In this document: in pieces, positions 37,642-46,969 of the stretch
Numbering within the stretch: position 1 is the first letter of the stretch
Layout of the letters: the number at the start of each line of letters is the position of its first letter
Virus record (IMG/VR): IMGVR_UViG_3300022908_000070
Location: 1,185-65,184 of that record
DNA from: a virus
Taxonomy: Duplodnaviria; Caudoviricetes
DNA: 64,000 nucleotides
Strand: one strand, 5' to 3'
Notes under the pieces: model-generated
Database searches by the model: none
What the model was told of the DNA's origin: nothing
The model's input: the letters and a program-made list of their open reading frames with translations, nothing else
Program-made: the position numbers and the translations under genes

Positions 37642-39055
37642 CGAATGAATCTAAAGTGTCAGTTAATGCGGCATCATCCATAGTGATCAAGGTATTTGGA
37701 ATCCAGCGCTTGTCCATGTTCGGGTCTGGGTCTTCCTCTTCTCCCATGGCTTTCAGCTTCTGGTTTGGCGTCAACCACCAGGCGGCTACCAACTGGGTGA
37801 CCAACTGCCCCATTTCTGTTTGAAGTTCTGGCAACTGGCTGATATCGATGTCGTGAGTAAATGTCTTATCGAGACCGAATGCGGGCAGTAGCACCCGGTT
37901 CATCTCATCTCGCAGGCTGGCGGCCGCTGGTGCGATCAAGTTGGTTACAAAAGCCTTCTCCGCCTGTTCTACATTGGCATACGTGGTATCGGTCAGGAAC
38001 AGCATTGGGGGGACGTGAAATAGGTTACAGAGGCGAATAAATCCTTTCTCCCGGACGTTTACCGATTCCATTTCAACCCCCGTCTGACCCATAGGAAGGT
38101 AGCCCCATTCGCCCTCCAGCGCAGTCACCGCGCCTTTCAGCGATCGATTGTTGATCTTCCGGTTGATCATTCGATCCACAGCGCTCTTCTGTTCTGGCGA
38201 CATGTTACCCAACTGCTTATTGAACAGGGCGCCTTTTGATCCGTCATTCTGCTGCATAGCCACTGAAGCGTCGGTAGCACTATCATCTTCGGTCAGCCAC
38301 TTGTTGCCTGGTTGCAGCGGCGAAAGTCCACGCATGTGCGTCCGGGTCACCGCATCGAAGTTTGGATTCGGGCTTTTCCAGTGGACCATGTCGTCCTTTC
38401 GGATAAAATGTTCAATGCCACCAACAAGAAATTTATACCCCAAACAACCCCATACGTCCGTCGGGTCGGGTATTATTCGCACATACTGAGTTGGAAGTAC
38501 GTACATTTCCAATGGCGGAATAGCGTTAGCCCCTTCATCATCGAGCCCTGTTATATCGCCCCTGTTGAGCCAAATAAAAGCTTCACCCGTAGCCATCTTG
38601 AATACCATTGCCAACTCATAAAAGGCATCCTGCCCCTGCTTCTCGTTCGGCCGGGCCAGCAGCTCGCTAAACCCGTTCTGGACCTCTTGCTCATCGTACG
38701 CCTTCTTTTGAAGGTTCTTTAGATCCTTCAGCTTAAATCCCCGCTGGCGCATCAGCGCTTTCTTTTGCTGATCGGCTTTTGAGTCTTTTATCTTGTATAC
38801 GTACCGAGGGATGCTACCGAACTTAAGAGCGGCGCGAGATATGATCGTATAGACCGATCCATTCCCCGAAAAGGCGTCTTTAACCCACCGCTCAGCGTTC
38901 GGATCAGGATAGACAGCTGGCCCACCTATGAACGTGCCGAATAAACCAGGATTGCTTTGGTTAGTAGATGAACCCCTTCCAAACATGGAAGAAAGGAGAT
39001 TGCCGAAGGCATTGGAGATATTTTGAAGCCTGGTGGGTTCTTTCGTTGCTGCCAT
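37562..39055 (-). CDS. Portal protein (HK97-like)
   Basis: LLARPN, GEAFIW, RGLSPL, FHVPP, YAN.EQ, LTPN. Confidence 0.92.
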   Translation of the reverse strand: MAATKEPTRLQNISNAFGNLLSSMFGRGSSTNQSNPGLFGTFIGGPAVYPDPNAERWVKDAFSGNGSVYTIISRAALKFGSIPRYVYKIKDSKADQQKKALMRQRGFKLKDLKNLQKKAYDEQEVQNGFSELLARPNEKQGQDAFYELAMVFKMATGEAFIWLNRGDITGLDDEGANAIPPLEMYVLPTQYVRIIPDPTDVWGCLGYKFLVGGIEHFIRKDDMVHWKSPNPNFDAVTRTHMRGLSPLQPGNKWLTEDDSATDASVAMQQNDGSKGALFNKQLGNMSPEQKSAVDRMINRKINNRSLKGAVTALEGEWGYLPMGQTGVEMESVNVREKGFIRLCNLFHVPPMLFLTDTTYANVEQAEKAFVTNLIAPAAASLRDEMNRVLLPAFGLDKTFTHDIDISQLPELQTEMGQLVTQLVAAWWLTPNQKLKAMGEEEDPDPNMDKRWIPNTLITMDDAALTDTLDSFDDGTTNTGFAKPAVSNSPKGGPSKGD

Positions 39056-39098
39056 TTTGAAGTGGGTTAATGGCGCAGTATTGGGCTTACATATTTAC

Positions 39099-39106
39099 CA
39101 AAGATA
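39099..39106 (-). promoter_or_regulatory. Bacteroidota -7 promoter box before portal
   Basis: TATCTTTG matches TAnnTTTG. Confidence 0.55.
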
Positions 39107-39115
39107 GAAAAATTA

Positions 39116-40471
39116 TTACATGGCACCCCATGAGAATTTGGGAGCCAGTTCAAAGTACTCGCGCATCATCAGGGTATCGGCGAAATCTGGAGATCTACCC
39201 AACAGCTCCTTCATCTCGTCTTTTGGGATAACCCCCCGCTTCATATCGCTGTCCATGTTTTTTTGCTTAATGACCTCCAATTCCTCGATGATCCTTTGCC
39301 GAATCTCGGAATCGTCGGATTCAATGTACACCCCATTCTCATTTATTCGTTTTGCCAGGCGGAAATAGCACTGGGATTTCAGGTTATCGAAGTTCTCCCT
39401 TATAGGGTTGCCTTTGTCGTCCAACTGTCCATCGGGCGATGGCAACGGAGAGCTGTTATTGACGAAGCCTTTGCATTTGTAAAAGTCCACAATCCCACCG
39501 CCGATCCCGTCCTCATCAACGATAATATCGCTTTTGCCGCACCGCAGGCGCAAACGCACTTCTTCGATCTTTTGTGCAGTGACATCAGTGGGCTGCTTTT
39601 CAAAAACAGATACTTTGCCCCGCCAGCCTATCCACTCGATAATAACAATCTTGTCACTGCCAAACCGGGCTATGTCCGCCGTTATTTTCCTGTCACCATG
39701 CTCTACGTGAGTATTGCTGAAGATGTCTATAATCTTGTCGTAATTCATCAGCACGGACGGATCATCATCGAATTCCCAGTTACCCTTGATTAGCCGCTCG
39801 ATTTCATTCTTTGAAAGTGTGCGCAGCAGATTTTCGACATAGCCGGCCGGTAGCATTTTGTTGTCTTGGGGGAATGCCTGAATGAAAGCCTTCCACGATT
39901 CCAGCTTTCGGTCCTTATGCTTGCGGTAGTATTCCCGATACAGGTAGTTTTTAGCCGGGTTGCAAGTCTGCAAGATCTTTGGGGCCAAATTATATACATC
40001 ATTCTTCCAGCGCCCTATTGAAGCGACCAGATTGTTTTTCGCAGCCTCCTCGAACTCCCCAGCTTCCTCAATCCACCCCCTGGTCATCGTCATTGATCCA
40101 AACCGCATATAGTAAGGATCGGATGGCTGTGGCGCAGCATCCAACAGGAAGACTTGGCTACCATTGTGCAGTTTATAGACATTATCCTGGCCGTTGTACT
40201 TGTAATACTGGTCCGTTACACCCCACTGCTGGAATATCTGTTGAATAGTGGGAACGGTGAATTTGCGAAGGTCGTTGAGCTTCTTTCGGGCGATGAAATA
40301 CATCGTTTCCGGATAGATAAAAGCATCCCCAAAAATAAGGGATGCTCCGGTCCAGCTCTTCGCGCCCCCCTTTGCACCGCCGTAGACGATATCTGTAATG
40401 GATGGATCAATCCAAGCGCGGGCGCAAGCCTTTTGTTTTTCGTTCTCTCGGGTATCAAAGGTTAATTTCAC
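39116..40471 (-). CDS. Terminase large subunit
   Basis: YGGAKGGAKS Walker A, WIEEA Walker B, TCNP, ADIARFGSD, SPDFAD. Confidence 0.93.
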   Translation of the reverse strand: MKLTFDTRENEKQKACARAWIDPSITDIVYGGAKGGAKSWTGASLIFGDAFIYPETMYFIARKKLNDLRKFTVPTIQQIFQQWGVTDQYYKYNGQDNVYKLHNGSQVFLLDAAPQPSDPYYMRFGSMTMTRGWIEEAGEFEEAAKNNLVASIGRWKNDVYNLAPKILQTCNPAKNYLYREYYRKHKDRKLESWKAFIQAFPQDNKMLPAGYVENLLRTLSKNEIERLIKGNWEFDDDPSVLMNYDKIIDIFSNTHVEHGDRKITADIARFGSDKIVIIEWIGWRGKVSVFEKQPTDVTAQKIEEVRLRLRCGKSDIIVDEDGIGGGIVDFYKCKGFVNNSSPLPSPDGQLDDKGNPIRENFDNLKSQCYFRLAKRINENGVYIESDDSEIRQRIIEELEVIKQKNMDSDMKRGVIPKDEMKELLGRSPDFADTLMMREYFELAPKFSWGAM

Positions 40472-40537
40472 CGCTCAGTGGGATTTTTGCTGTCTGTGGC
40501 CGGCGAGAAAATATGACTTTGTGGGAAAACCATTCGA

Positions 40538-41014
40538 TTATTTTATCTCCATGCCTGTAATCTGTTCGATCTGAAGCGGGCCACCGTTTGGTCCGGACAA
40601 CTCGGACTTATCAGAAAGGCCTAAATCCCGGGCGATAATATTCGCATTGAAGGCGCCAACTGATGCTCCGGTGAACTTCTGAGTGCGGATTATTTCCTCT
40701 ATGCGCGTGATGATTGGCAAAAAATCTTCTATGTTGTCTCCTTTCCTGAACTCTTTCCACCATCCTTCAGAGGCATCGCAATATATGCAAAGACCTGACA
40801 ACGTGTAAGGTATGGCGGTAGGGACTTTGATAAGCTTATCCGTCGGCTTCGCCTTAGGATTCTTATTGGCTTCTACCTTGTACCAAGGATGCGCATCGCA
40901 CCAATTAAAATACTCCTGTGCCGCCTCCCAGAGCAGGTCCGGGCTTGCAAAAAGCTTTTCCCGGCCATGCGTAGACCGTAATTTCCAAAACTGATTTCCT
41001 TTTGGGGCACTCAT
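40538..41014 (-). CDS. Terminase small subunit (P22 gp3-like)
   Basis: MSAPKGNQFW..RS.HGR, FNANIIARDLGL.DK. Confidence 0.9.
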   Translation of the reverse strand: MSAPKGNQFWKLRSTHGREKLFASPDLLWEAAQEYFNWCDAHPWYKVEANKNPKAKPTDKLIKVPTAIPYTLSGLCIYCDASEGWWKEFRKGDNIEDFLPIITRIEEIIRTQKFTGASVGAFNANIIARDLGLSDKSELSGPNGGPLQIEQITGMEIK

Positions 41015-41069
41015 AGATCAAAGTTATTACTTTTAAAATCAGATAGATAGCTGTTGTTCCACAAGAAAC

Positions 41070-41087
41070 ATGATTGATTTCACCTAT
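41070..41087 (-). promoter_or_regulatory. 18-bp late-gene upstream box, copy 1 (with -7 box TAACTTTG at 41019-41026)
   Basis: Exact repeat of 36628-36645. Confidence 0.7.
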
Positions 41088-41326
41088 ATTATTCCAGCCT
41101 CCATCAAAATGCCGACCGCGCCTGTCATGTTCTTGCTCGTCAGCTTCCAGATAATGCTTCGTCTGTAGTTCTGTACCGTTTTGTGGCTTATGCTCAACTT
41201 ATCGGCCGTGGCCTTAATACTCAGTCCTTCCTTTGCTGCTATGGCTACTTCGATTTCTCTGGGGGCAAGCTTCTTATAAACGCCCTGGTCAAATTGGATA
41301 CTGTTCATAGCTGTGGGTGTTTTCAT
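41084..41326 (-). CDS. LuxR-type HTH regulator (probable late activator)
   Basis: LAPREIEV....EGLS.K..ADKLSISHKTV. Confidence 0.8.
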   Translation of the reverse strand: MKTPTAMNSIQFDQGVYKKLAPREIEVAIAAKEGLSIKATADKLSISHKTVQNYRRSIIWKLTSKNMTGAVGILMEAGII

Positions 41327-41349
41327 GGTTGGGGGTAGGATTCAATGGG

Positions 41350-41592
41350 TTATCTTGTTTTGCGCGGGCATCTTTTGACCTCCTTAAGATCCCAGTCACC
41401 GCAGATAGTCTTTATCATTGCAATATGCAGGTCGACCCATCTCGGTCGGGTGGCATACAGCCAAATCTTCTTATAGCGTTCAAGCCAGATCGTCCCGCTC
41501 GTTGTTTTTACGGGCCACCAGGCGTAGTGCAGGGTGATTTTATAGTCTCCTTCGGATGGCTGCTTTTCTGTTTTTTCTTTTTTGAGTAGCAT
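41350..41592 (-). CDS. Hypothetical protein
   Basis: 80 aa, AWWPV..IWLE motif common in phages. Confidence 0.55.
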   Translation of the reverse strand: MLLKKEKTEKQPSEGDYKITLHYAWWPVKTTSGTIWLERYKKIWLYATRPRWVDLHIAMIKTICGDWDLKEVKRCPRKTR

Positions 41593-41625
41593 CTGTCTTT
41601 GTAGTTTTCGGGTTTATGGGTAGGA

Positions 41626-41787
41626 TTATTTTATTCTGCGGCTTTTATAAGTCAGGTGAACTCCTATCCACCGGGAGCACTCCTTGGCGTTATGGTCATC
41701 GAAAAGGATGAAGTAGGTTATCATCCGTCCAAATAGCCAAAGGAAGTGCCGCCACCAATCGTATTTTATTTTTATCCAGCGTTTCAT
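41626..41787 (-). CDS. Small hypothetical protein (53 aa)
   Basis: My translation MKRWIKIKYDWWRHFLW...SRRIK fills the gap. Confidence 0.45.
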   Translation of the reverse strand: MKRWIKIKYDWWRHFLWLFGRMITYFILFDDHNAKECSRWIGVHLTYKSRRIK

Positions 41788-41819
41788 TTGTTCTTTCTTT
41801 TGAGGGTGGTTTTACCCGG

Positions 41820-42242
41820 TTAATTGATTGGTTGCTTGGCGTTTAAAAGCTCTGGATGTTCGTAGATATTGCCGACGACTTCGATTTGTTCCCAGTTCCA
41901 TAGCGATTCGCCTTCCCACCCGAAACTCTCTTTGTCGATCCAAAATCCATGTCCTCTATATTCGACAACGCCGGTCTTTCGGATCCAGCGCACTACATCC
42001 CCTTCGAATATCTCGTTTCCGTTCTTGTCCAGTAGTCCGGTGAATTGCATTACATAGCAGGGTCTGGCTACCCCGTCGTCGATATCCTGCCACGTCTCAT
42101 AATGGCGAAACGGCATTTTCTCCCAGTCGGCCGTTTCTGGATGTTCCAAAATGAATTGAGGGGTTGGCTCGAAGCGATATGGTTCATTGACCATTCGATT
42201 ATTATAGGGCTCCCAAGCCCGGAACTTTATTATCCTGCTCAT
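41820..42242 (-). CDS. YopX-family protein
   Basis: IKFRAW, MQFTGLLDKNGNEIFEGD, EVVGNIYEHPELL. Confidence 0.9.
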   Translation of the reverse strand: MSRIIKFRAWEPYNNRMVNEPYRFEPTPQFILEHPETADWEKMPFRHYETWQDIDDGVARPCYVMQFTGLLDKNGNEIFEGDVVRWIRKTGVVEYRGHGFWIDKESFGWEGESLWNWEQIEVVGNIYEHPELLNAKQPIN

Positions 42243-42502
42243 TTTAAATCGTTTAAAGGTTCCTCAATCTTTCTTAATTCAATATGAAACCACTCGCCGG
42301 TCGTCTGCTCCTGGATGGTCCCTTCCACGAATCTGGGCGCTTCAAGGGTCACCATAGCGAAGTATAGAGTCCCGTAGGCATCCTTGATACACTTGCCGAG
42401 AAAGGCTTCCTTTTCCTGTTGCGAGCCGATCCTGACCTTTGCCATGTAGCGGATCATTCGGGTTTGGCGGCGCTCTTTCAGCCAGCGAGCTATTCTACTC
42501 AT
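42239..42502 (-). CDS. Hypothetical protein
   Basis: ATGA-coupled ORF. Confidence 0.55.
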   Translation of the reverse strand: MSRIARWLKERRQTRMIRYMAKVRIGSQQEKEAFLGKCIKDAYGTLYFAMVTLEAPRFVEGTIQEQTTGEWFHIELRKIEEPLNDLK

Positions 42503-42741
42503 TTTATTTCCTCCTTTTTAACTGCGGCCGTTGCTGAATCCTCCGGTATCTCCGAATGCTCCTCAATCCACACCGTATCGATGCCCTCGTGCTCCAGAAG
42601 TGCCTTTCTTTCCAACTGGACGCTATATAAGGTTGATAGACATACGATAAGGGCGATTACTCCTATAAGGCCTGCAATGAACCATTTGAAGGCGCGGGAG
42701 TTTTTGTCGAGCTTTTGCTGTTGGTAGGGAGAGTTGCTCAT
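42499..42741 (-). CDS. Hypothetical single-TM protein
   Basis: ATGA-coupled, one TM segment. Confidence 0.55.
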   Translation of the reverse strand: MSNSPYQQQKLDKNSRAFKWFIAGLIGVIALIVCLSTLYSVQLERKALLEHEGIDTVWIEEHSEIPEDSATAAVKKEEIK

Positions 42742-42965
42742 GGTTGAGGGGTTTGGGAAATTAAAGACTGAAGTTCGACAACGCGGAAATCCATCTTCAG
42801 GTCAGGGGATGGCGGCCCATACATTCCGCTGATCCAATCCTGAATCTCACCAATTGTTGTCCTGTCGGTTACCTTAAGCGAATAGTTTGACATTGCCCAA
42901 GTTTCGGGGCCGGTCTGTTCGCATTTGTCTATCGTCACTTGATATTCTTTTTCCATTTCGGACAT
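42738..42965 (-). CDS. Hypothetical protein
   Basis: ATGA-coupled ORF. Confidence 0.55.
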   Translation of the reverse strand: MSEMEKEYQVTIDKCEQTGPETWAMSNYSLKVTDRTTIGEIQDWISGMYGPPSPDLKMDFRVVELQSLISQTPQP

Positions 42966-42999
42966 TTAGTTTGTTGAAGAATGGGGTTATATAGCCCGG

Positions 43000-43344
43000 T
43001 TAAAATGCTTCCTGATCCTCTTCGTCATCATTTGGCTCAGGCGCGGTTGCAAGCAAAAGCGTTTCCCTGTTCTTTTTAACAAGGGCTTGAATATCCCAGG
43101 AATCGATCGGTTTTACCTGAAGGTTTTGCGCATAAAACCGGCAAGTCTGCTCGTCTATCGGGTTTATCGCATAGATAGCTGATGAACCAAAAAATCGGGT
43201 AAATGCCGGCTGCTTGTCTGTTTCCGGCACATCAACCCGGAGCATGTTTGTCCCAGCGATGTTTTGCTCAGTGCAAAGGCCGGCGATCTTTTGGTGCCCA
43301 AATAATTCGACCAAACACCATAATTCAAATTTTTCTGTAGCCAT
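43000..43344 (-). CDS. Conserved phage hypothetical protein
   Basis: VELFGHQKIAG...MLRVDVP...SAIYAINP. Confidence 0.7.
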   Translation of the reverse strand: MATEKFELWCLVELFGHQKIAGLCTEQNIAGTNMLRVDVPETDKQPAFTRFFGSSAIYAINPIDEQTCRFYAQNLQVKPIDSWDIQALVKKNRETLLLATAPEPNDDEEDQEAF

Positions 43345-43369
43345 GTTATTGCTGTTTAATTGTTTACGT

Positions 43370-43789
43370 TTAAAATCCGAATACCAACATGCAGGCATCC
43401 CGCGCATGGCTTGATGTGATCCCGGTAAATTGGGTGAGCTTTTTAAAAGCGTCGGCGCTCAGTTTGGTCGTCGATTTCTTTGGGCGTGTCGTCCGGTAAT
43501 CTACCTTGAGATATTCCAGATAGGCCTGCCAAATCGAACAATCCCGTTTAACTGATCCTGCACCCTGAGCCTTGTGCATGTCGTCCTTCCGCCCGTAGGT
43601 GGCCTGGCGGGCATCCTCGACCACTACCAGGACTTGGCCGGGGTTAGTGGTATGCCAGTATTTTACAGCCTCCATTGCCTCATGAATCGGGACGGTCCGC
43701 AGGTGTCGGATCCTCTGGTCTTCTTTTGACCAGACGCAGAAGCCGGTTTTTACTCCAGGGTCTATGCCGATATAATATTTATAGCTCAT
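43370..43789 (-). CDS. RuvC-like Holliday junction resolvase
   Basis: IGIDPGVKTG, VVVED, HARDA. Confidence 0.7.
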   Translation of the reverse strand: MSYKYYIGIDPGVKTGFCVWSKEDQRIRHLRTVPIHEAMEAVKYWHTTNPGQVLVVVEDARQATYGRKDDMHKAQGAGSVKRDCSIWQAYLEYLKVDYRTTRPKKSTTKLSADAFKKLTQFTGITSSHARDACMLVFGF

Positions 43790-45030
43790 TTCAGGCCCTC
43801 CGGTTTAAACCCTTCCACACTCACCCCCGTATTCCTCCACCTTCCTAACTCCTGGTAGATAGCTCTTTCTATAGCTGTGGATAAGGTAGCTCGTATGTTC
43901 TGCTCGTTCTCGGGGAGGAGGTCACTATTTACGGATACCTTCAGGAAAAAGTCTTTGGTAAAGCGCTGGTCGAGGGAGGTGCGGGCTTCGGGTATCTCCT
44001 GCTTCTCTCCTGTCTCTACTATAGGGGCCTGCTCTGTGGGAGTCGGCAAAGGATATTTAGAAAGAATATCCCTTGCTATTTGCACCTCATCACTCATCCA
44101 ATTAGCTCTTTTGATGATATCAATAAATGCTTGACGGTAGGCTTGTATCTCTGATACTCTGGGATCTACTATAGGGGAGGGGGATGGATGGGGGGCTGGT
44201 ATTTCGGTTAGTTTACGGTAAAAATCAGCCGACATAAAAGCGACAGGGCCTTTAATAGGCTTCACGAAACAATCTCCTGGGACCCATTCTTGTTCGTCAT
44301 CATCAAAATCGCAAACAGCGCTCGGATATTCTCCACCAGGCTCATTCTTGGTAGGGACGAATATCTTATCGTAAACGATATTAACACCATCCGGTATTTC
44401 TCCTTTCTGCTCTCCTGTCTCTATGACAGGGGGCGGGGCTACGATCGGTTGCGCCACGCTCATTAGCCTGCGATACATCCACATTTGCCCCGATTCGTGA
44501 GCTTCGGTGATATCGCAGCTATCGTAACTCCTTTCGCCTCTCATCTTTTCTATTTTGGCACCATAGTCAAGAGCGGCTATATCTGACTGCGCAGATATCT
44601 GGTCACTCATTTGGGGAATTTCTCTTTCCGGCTTATCCCCTATGACAGGGGAGGCGGCTGGGGCTTCGATCTCTTCGAGCCATTCAATATTATCAATTTG
44701 CCATTGAGTGTATACCCCATTTGCAGTTGTCGTTCGCCACACTTCATCAGAAGCGGTATTTACACATATGCTCCCTTTTTCTGGCTTCCTTTCGCTTGCC
44801 TTAACCCATCGGAGTATCTTTTGCCTTTCGGCTGGCTGTTCCTCTTTTATATCCTCCTGCTCCAAAGGGCTTAAACAGTACCAACATTTATTTCTAAGTT
44901 TACCTTTAATTGCATCGTTCCATGTGCCGCAGTGCGGGCATTTTATGTGATTTTCTTGCTGTTGTTGCATGGTTATTTGTTTTGCGACTGTATGGAAGCC
45001 TAAGTATTTTAAAAAGTCTCTTCGGGCCAT
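43786..45030 (-). CDS. Mosaic hypothetical protein with zinc ribbon and repeated Pro-rich linkers
   Basis: CPHC..CWYC; WVKASERKP; repeated P(V/I)(I/V)ETGE linkers. Confidence 0.65.
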   Translation of the reverse strand: MARRDFLKYLGFHTVAKQITMQQQQENHIKCPHCGTWNDAIKGKLRNKCWYCLSPLEQEDIKEEQPAERQKILRWVKASERKPEKGSICVNTASDEVWRTTTANGVYTQWQIDNIEWLEEIEAPAASPVIGDKPEREIPQMSDQISAQSDIAALDYGAKIEKMRGERSYDSCDITEAHESGQMWMYRRLMSVAQPIVAPPPVIETGEQKGEIPDGVNIVYDKIFVPTKNEPGGEYPSAVCDFDDDEQEWVPGDCFVKPIKGPVAFMSADFYRKLTEIPAPHPSPSPIVDPRVSEIQAYRQAFIDIIKRANWMSDEVQIARDILSKYPLPTPTEQAPIVETGEKQEIPEARTSLDQRFTKDFFLKVSVNSDLLPENEQNIRATLSTAIERAIYQELGRWRNTGVSVEGFKPEGLK

Positions 45031-45032
45031 TG

Positions 45033-45413
45033 TTACGGTTTAGGAATAGGGCGCGGTTGCCGGGCCATTGTTCGAGGAAACTTAGTGACAGCCGCATCTA
45101 TCATTTCTTCTGCGCTGGAAAAGCCTGTTCCTATGAGGTTGCTATTGCTGTTCCCTCGGCTATCGCCAGTATAATCCCACCAAGACACGATCATAAACGG
45201 CGGGATGGTGTTCACTTGATAAAGTCCCTGCTTATTGGTATCTCCGGGCGCAAACATTCCATCGAGGCAGTTATAAATCCTCCCGTGGCTTTCAGTACCA
45301 AAGTATCTTGCCGCATCACTTTCGCGGAGGCTGCTGCTGTCTTCTCTTTCAACGAGATAATGCCCTTTCTGTCGATTACCGCATCCAAAAAAAAGAAGTT
45401 TCTGTTCTTGCAT
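45033..45413 (-). CDS. Hypothetical protein
   Basis: FFGC..GHY, WWDYTGDSR.NSNS. Confidence 0.6.
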   Translation of the reverse strand: MQEQKLLFFGCGNRQKGHYLVEREDSSSLRESDAARYFGTESHGRIYNCLDGMFAPGDTNKQGLYQVNTIPPFMIVSWWDYTGDSRGNSNSNLIGTGFSSAEEMIDAAVTKFPRTMARQPRPIPKP

Positions 45414-45468
45414 TATTTTTATTTTATCTCTCCTGTGTAATGGGGGGGGGGATAAACAGAAGAGGGGG

Positions 45469-45753
45469 TTATAGATTGGTCACATCGTCATAGTAATACC
45501 GGGGAAGTTTTCCGATGGCAAGCAAGTACCCTCTGACCATCCCTTTGAGTATCCACGGTTGTAATTTTTCATTCCAGATTTCAACGGACTTATAAATCTT
45601 GTCCATGTCCTCTTTAGGGATATCGGGATGCCCATAAAGTTTTTGCGTTGGCAGCTGCAAAGTCTTATCTGCCTCTTTTTTTCTCTCAGGGATTGACATA
45701 CCTCTGGAGGTATACCATTCGTCCGTACCGGGAAAGTCTTCTCTGCTAGTCAT
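45469..45753 (-). CDS. Hypothetical protein
   Basis: Operon-packed ORF. Confidence 0.55.
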   Translation of the reverse strand: MTSREDFPGTDEWYTSRGMSIPERKKEADKTLQLPTQKLYGHPDIPKEDMDKIYKSVEIWNEKLQPWILKGMVRGYLLAIGKLPRYYYDDVTNL

Positions 45754-45756
45754 GTC

Positions 45757-46143
45757 TTATACTGTTTTAGGGAGTGATTGGAGATAGATAACGTAGAGTT
45801 GTTCCGTTGTGATATTCTCCTGCGGTCCCCTTGTCCATTGATCTTCGTCAGTCATGGAGTATTCGCAATCAGGACAAGCCGTCCAATTTGTGAAGGCTAT
45901 AGCCTCTTTTCTCTTCTCCTGGTCGATGGCCTCTTTAAAGTCATTTACCGTCCATGAAAGGCCGTCGAATCCTAGACCGTCCTCTCCCAGTAGCTTGGCT
46001 ATATCGCGTATGAAATCGTTTACTTTTTTTAGTTCTTGATCAGCGTAGGCTTTCGCAAACTTCAGGATAGCAAGGGCATTTTCCGTTCCACCCGTCTCAA
46101 CTCCGGCTTCTAATGCCAGTTGGGTTATTGTCTTATCGCTCAT
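45757..46143 (-). CDS. Hypothetical protein
   Basis: Operon-packed ORF. Confidence 0.55.
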   Translation of the reverse strand: MSDKTITQLALEAGVETGGTENALAILKFAKAYADQELKKVNDFIRDIAKLLGEDGLGFDGLSWTVNDFKEAIDQEKRKEAIAFTNWTACPDCEYSMTDEDQWTRGPQENITTEQLYVIYLQSLPKTV

Positions 46144-46937
46144 AGCTTTATTTGTTGGGGGTGAGGAAATTCACGTTTACGCAGCGCCAGAGGGAACTCA
46201 TTGATATTGCTTCCATGCCGGTCGCTCATGCCGAGCGATTTGGAAAGATATGTACCCATTTGCTTCACGAATACCGGGACGCCGCAGCTGCTGAAGGCTT
46301 CCGATATTTCTTTCATCCATTCAATTTCGCAGGGTCGGTAACGGTATTTTCCGGTATCGTTGCCGCTCTCGCCGCCGATGATCACCCAGTCAAAAGACAT
46401 GATTGTACTCAAATCCTCGTTGTCAAAATCCAGCCTTTCCCACAGCGGCTCAAATGAGACAAACGTTTTGCATGTCGTCGTAAGATGGCTCAAATCCCAT
46501 AGTCGATTTTTAGCCGTCTTGTGGCCTACGCTTGTCCCAAACCAGACGTTTTCCAACCCGTCGCCAAAATCAGGCGGCAAGTGGTCGGCAATGCGTTCAG
46601 GACGCTTTGTAAGTATTTGGAATATCAGGTGCGGGCATTTTCTGATAATATCCCACGCTTCTTTCCTGTAGCCATCTATTGACTCATGAAAAAAATCAGT
46701 TAAAGAATTGGTGAAGACCAACGGCCGGCCAGACCAGACGGCGGATTTTGTTTCCTTATACCGCAGCGGCATATCGAAGACGGTCTTAGTCCGGACAACC
46801 TGTAAGGGGTCGTACCTATGGCTATCAAAACTGTCCCGATACATGTAACAGTACTTACAGTCGGCATCCACTTTGGTGCATCCCCGGGCAATATTCCAGG
46901 TCGCATCGGTCCATTGTATTGCGCTTTTTTCGCTCAT
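46140..46937 (-). CDS. DUF5131 (phage gp37/gp68) radical-SAM-like protein
   Basis: IQWTDATWN..GC.KV...C..CY, LTKRPE, WVIIGGESG, FVKQ.G. Confidence 0.9.
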   Translation of the reverse strand: MSEKSAIQWTDATWNIARGCTKVDADCKYCYMYRDSFDSHRYDPLQVVRTKTVFDMPLRYKETKSAVWSGRPLVFTNSLTDFFHESIDGYRKEAWDIIRKCPHLIFQILTKRPERIADHLPPDFGDGLENVWFGTSVGHKTAKNRLWDLSHLTTTCKTFVSFEPLWERLDFDNEDLSTIMSFDWVIIGGESGNDTGKYRYRPCEIEWMKEISEAFSSCGVPVFVKQMGTYLSKSLGMSDRHGSNINEFPLALRKREFPHPQQIKL

Positions 46938-46969
46938 TTTATTGGTTTATAGCTCCTGTAGGAAGCTGG

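Noticed and set aside
43876-43884. Perfect DnaA box TGTGGATAA
   Set aside because: Single 9-mer inside a CDS; about 0.5 expected by chance in 64 kb
45442-45451. G10 tract as phase-variation switch
   Set aside because: Intergenic, not clearly within a promoter; better explained as a decayed linker repeat
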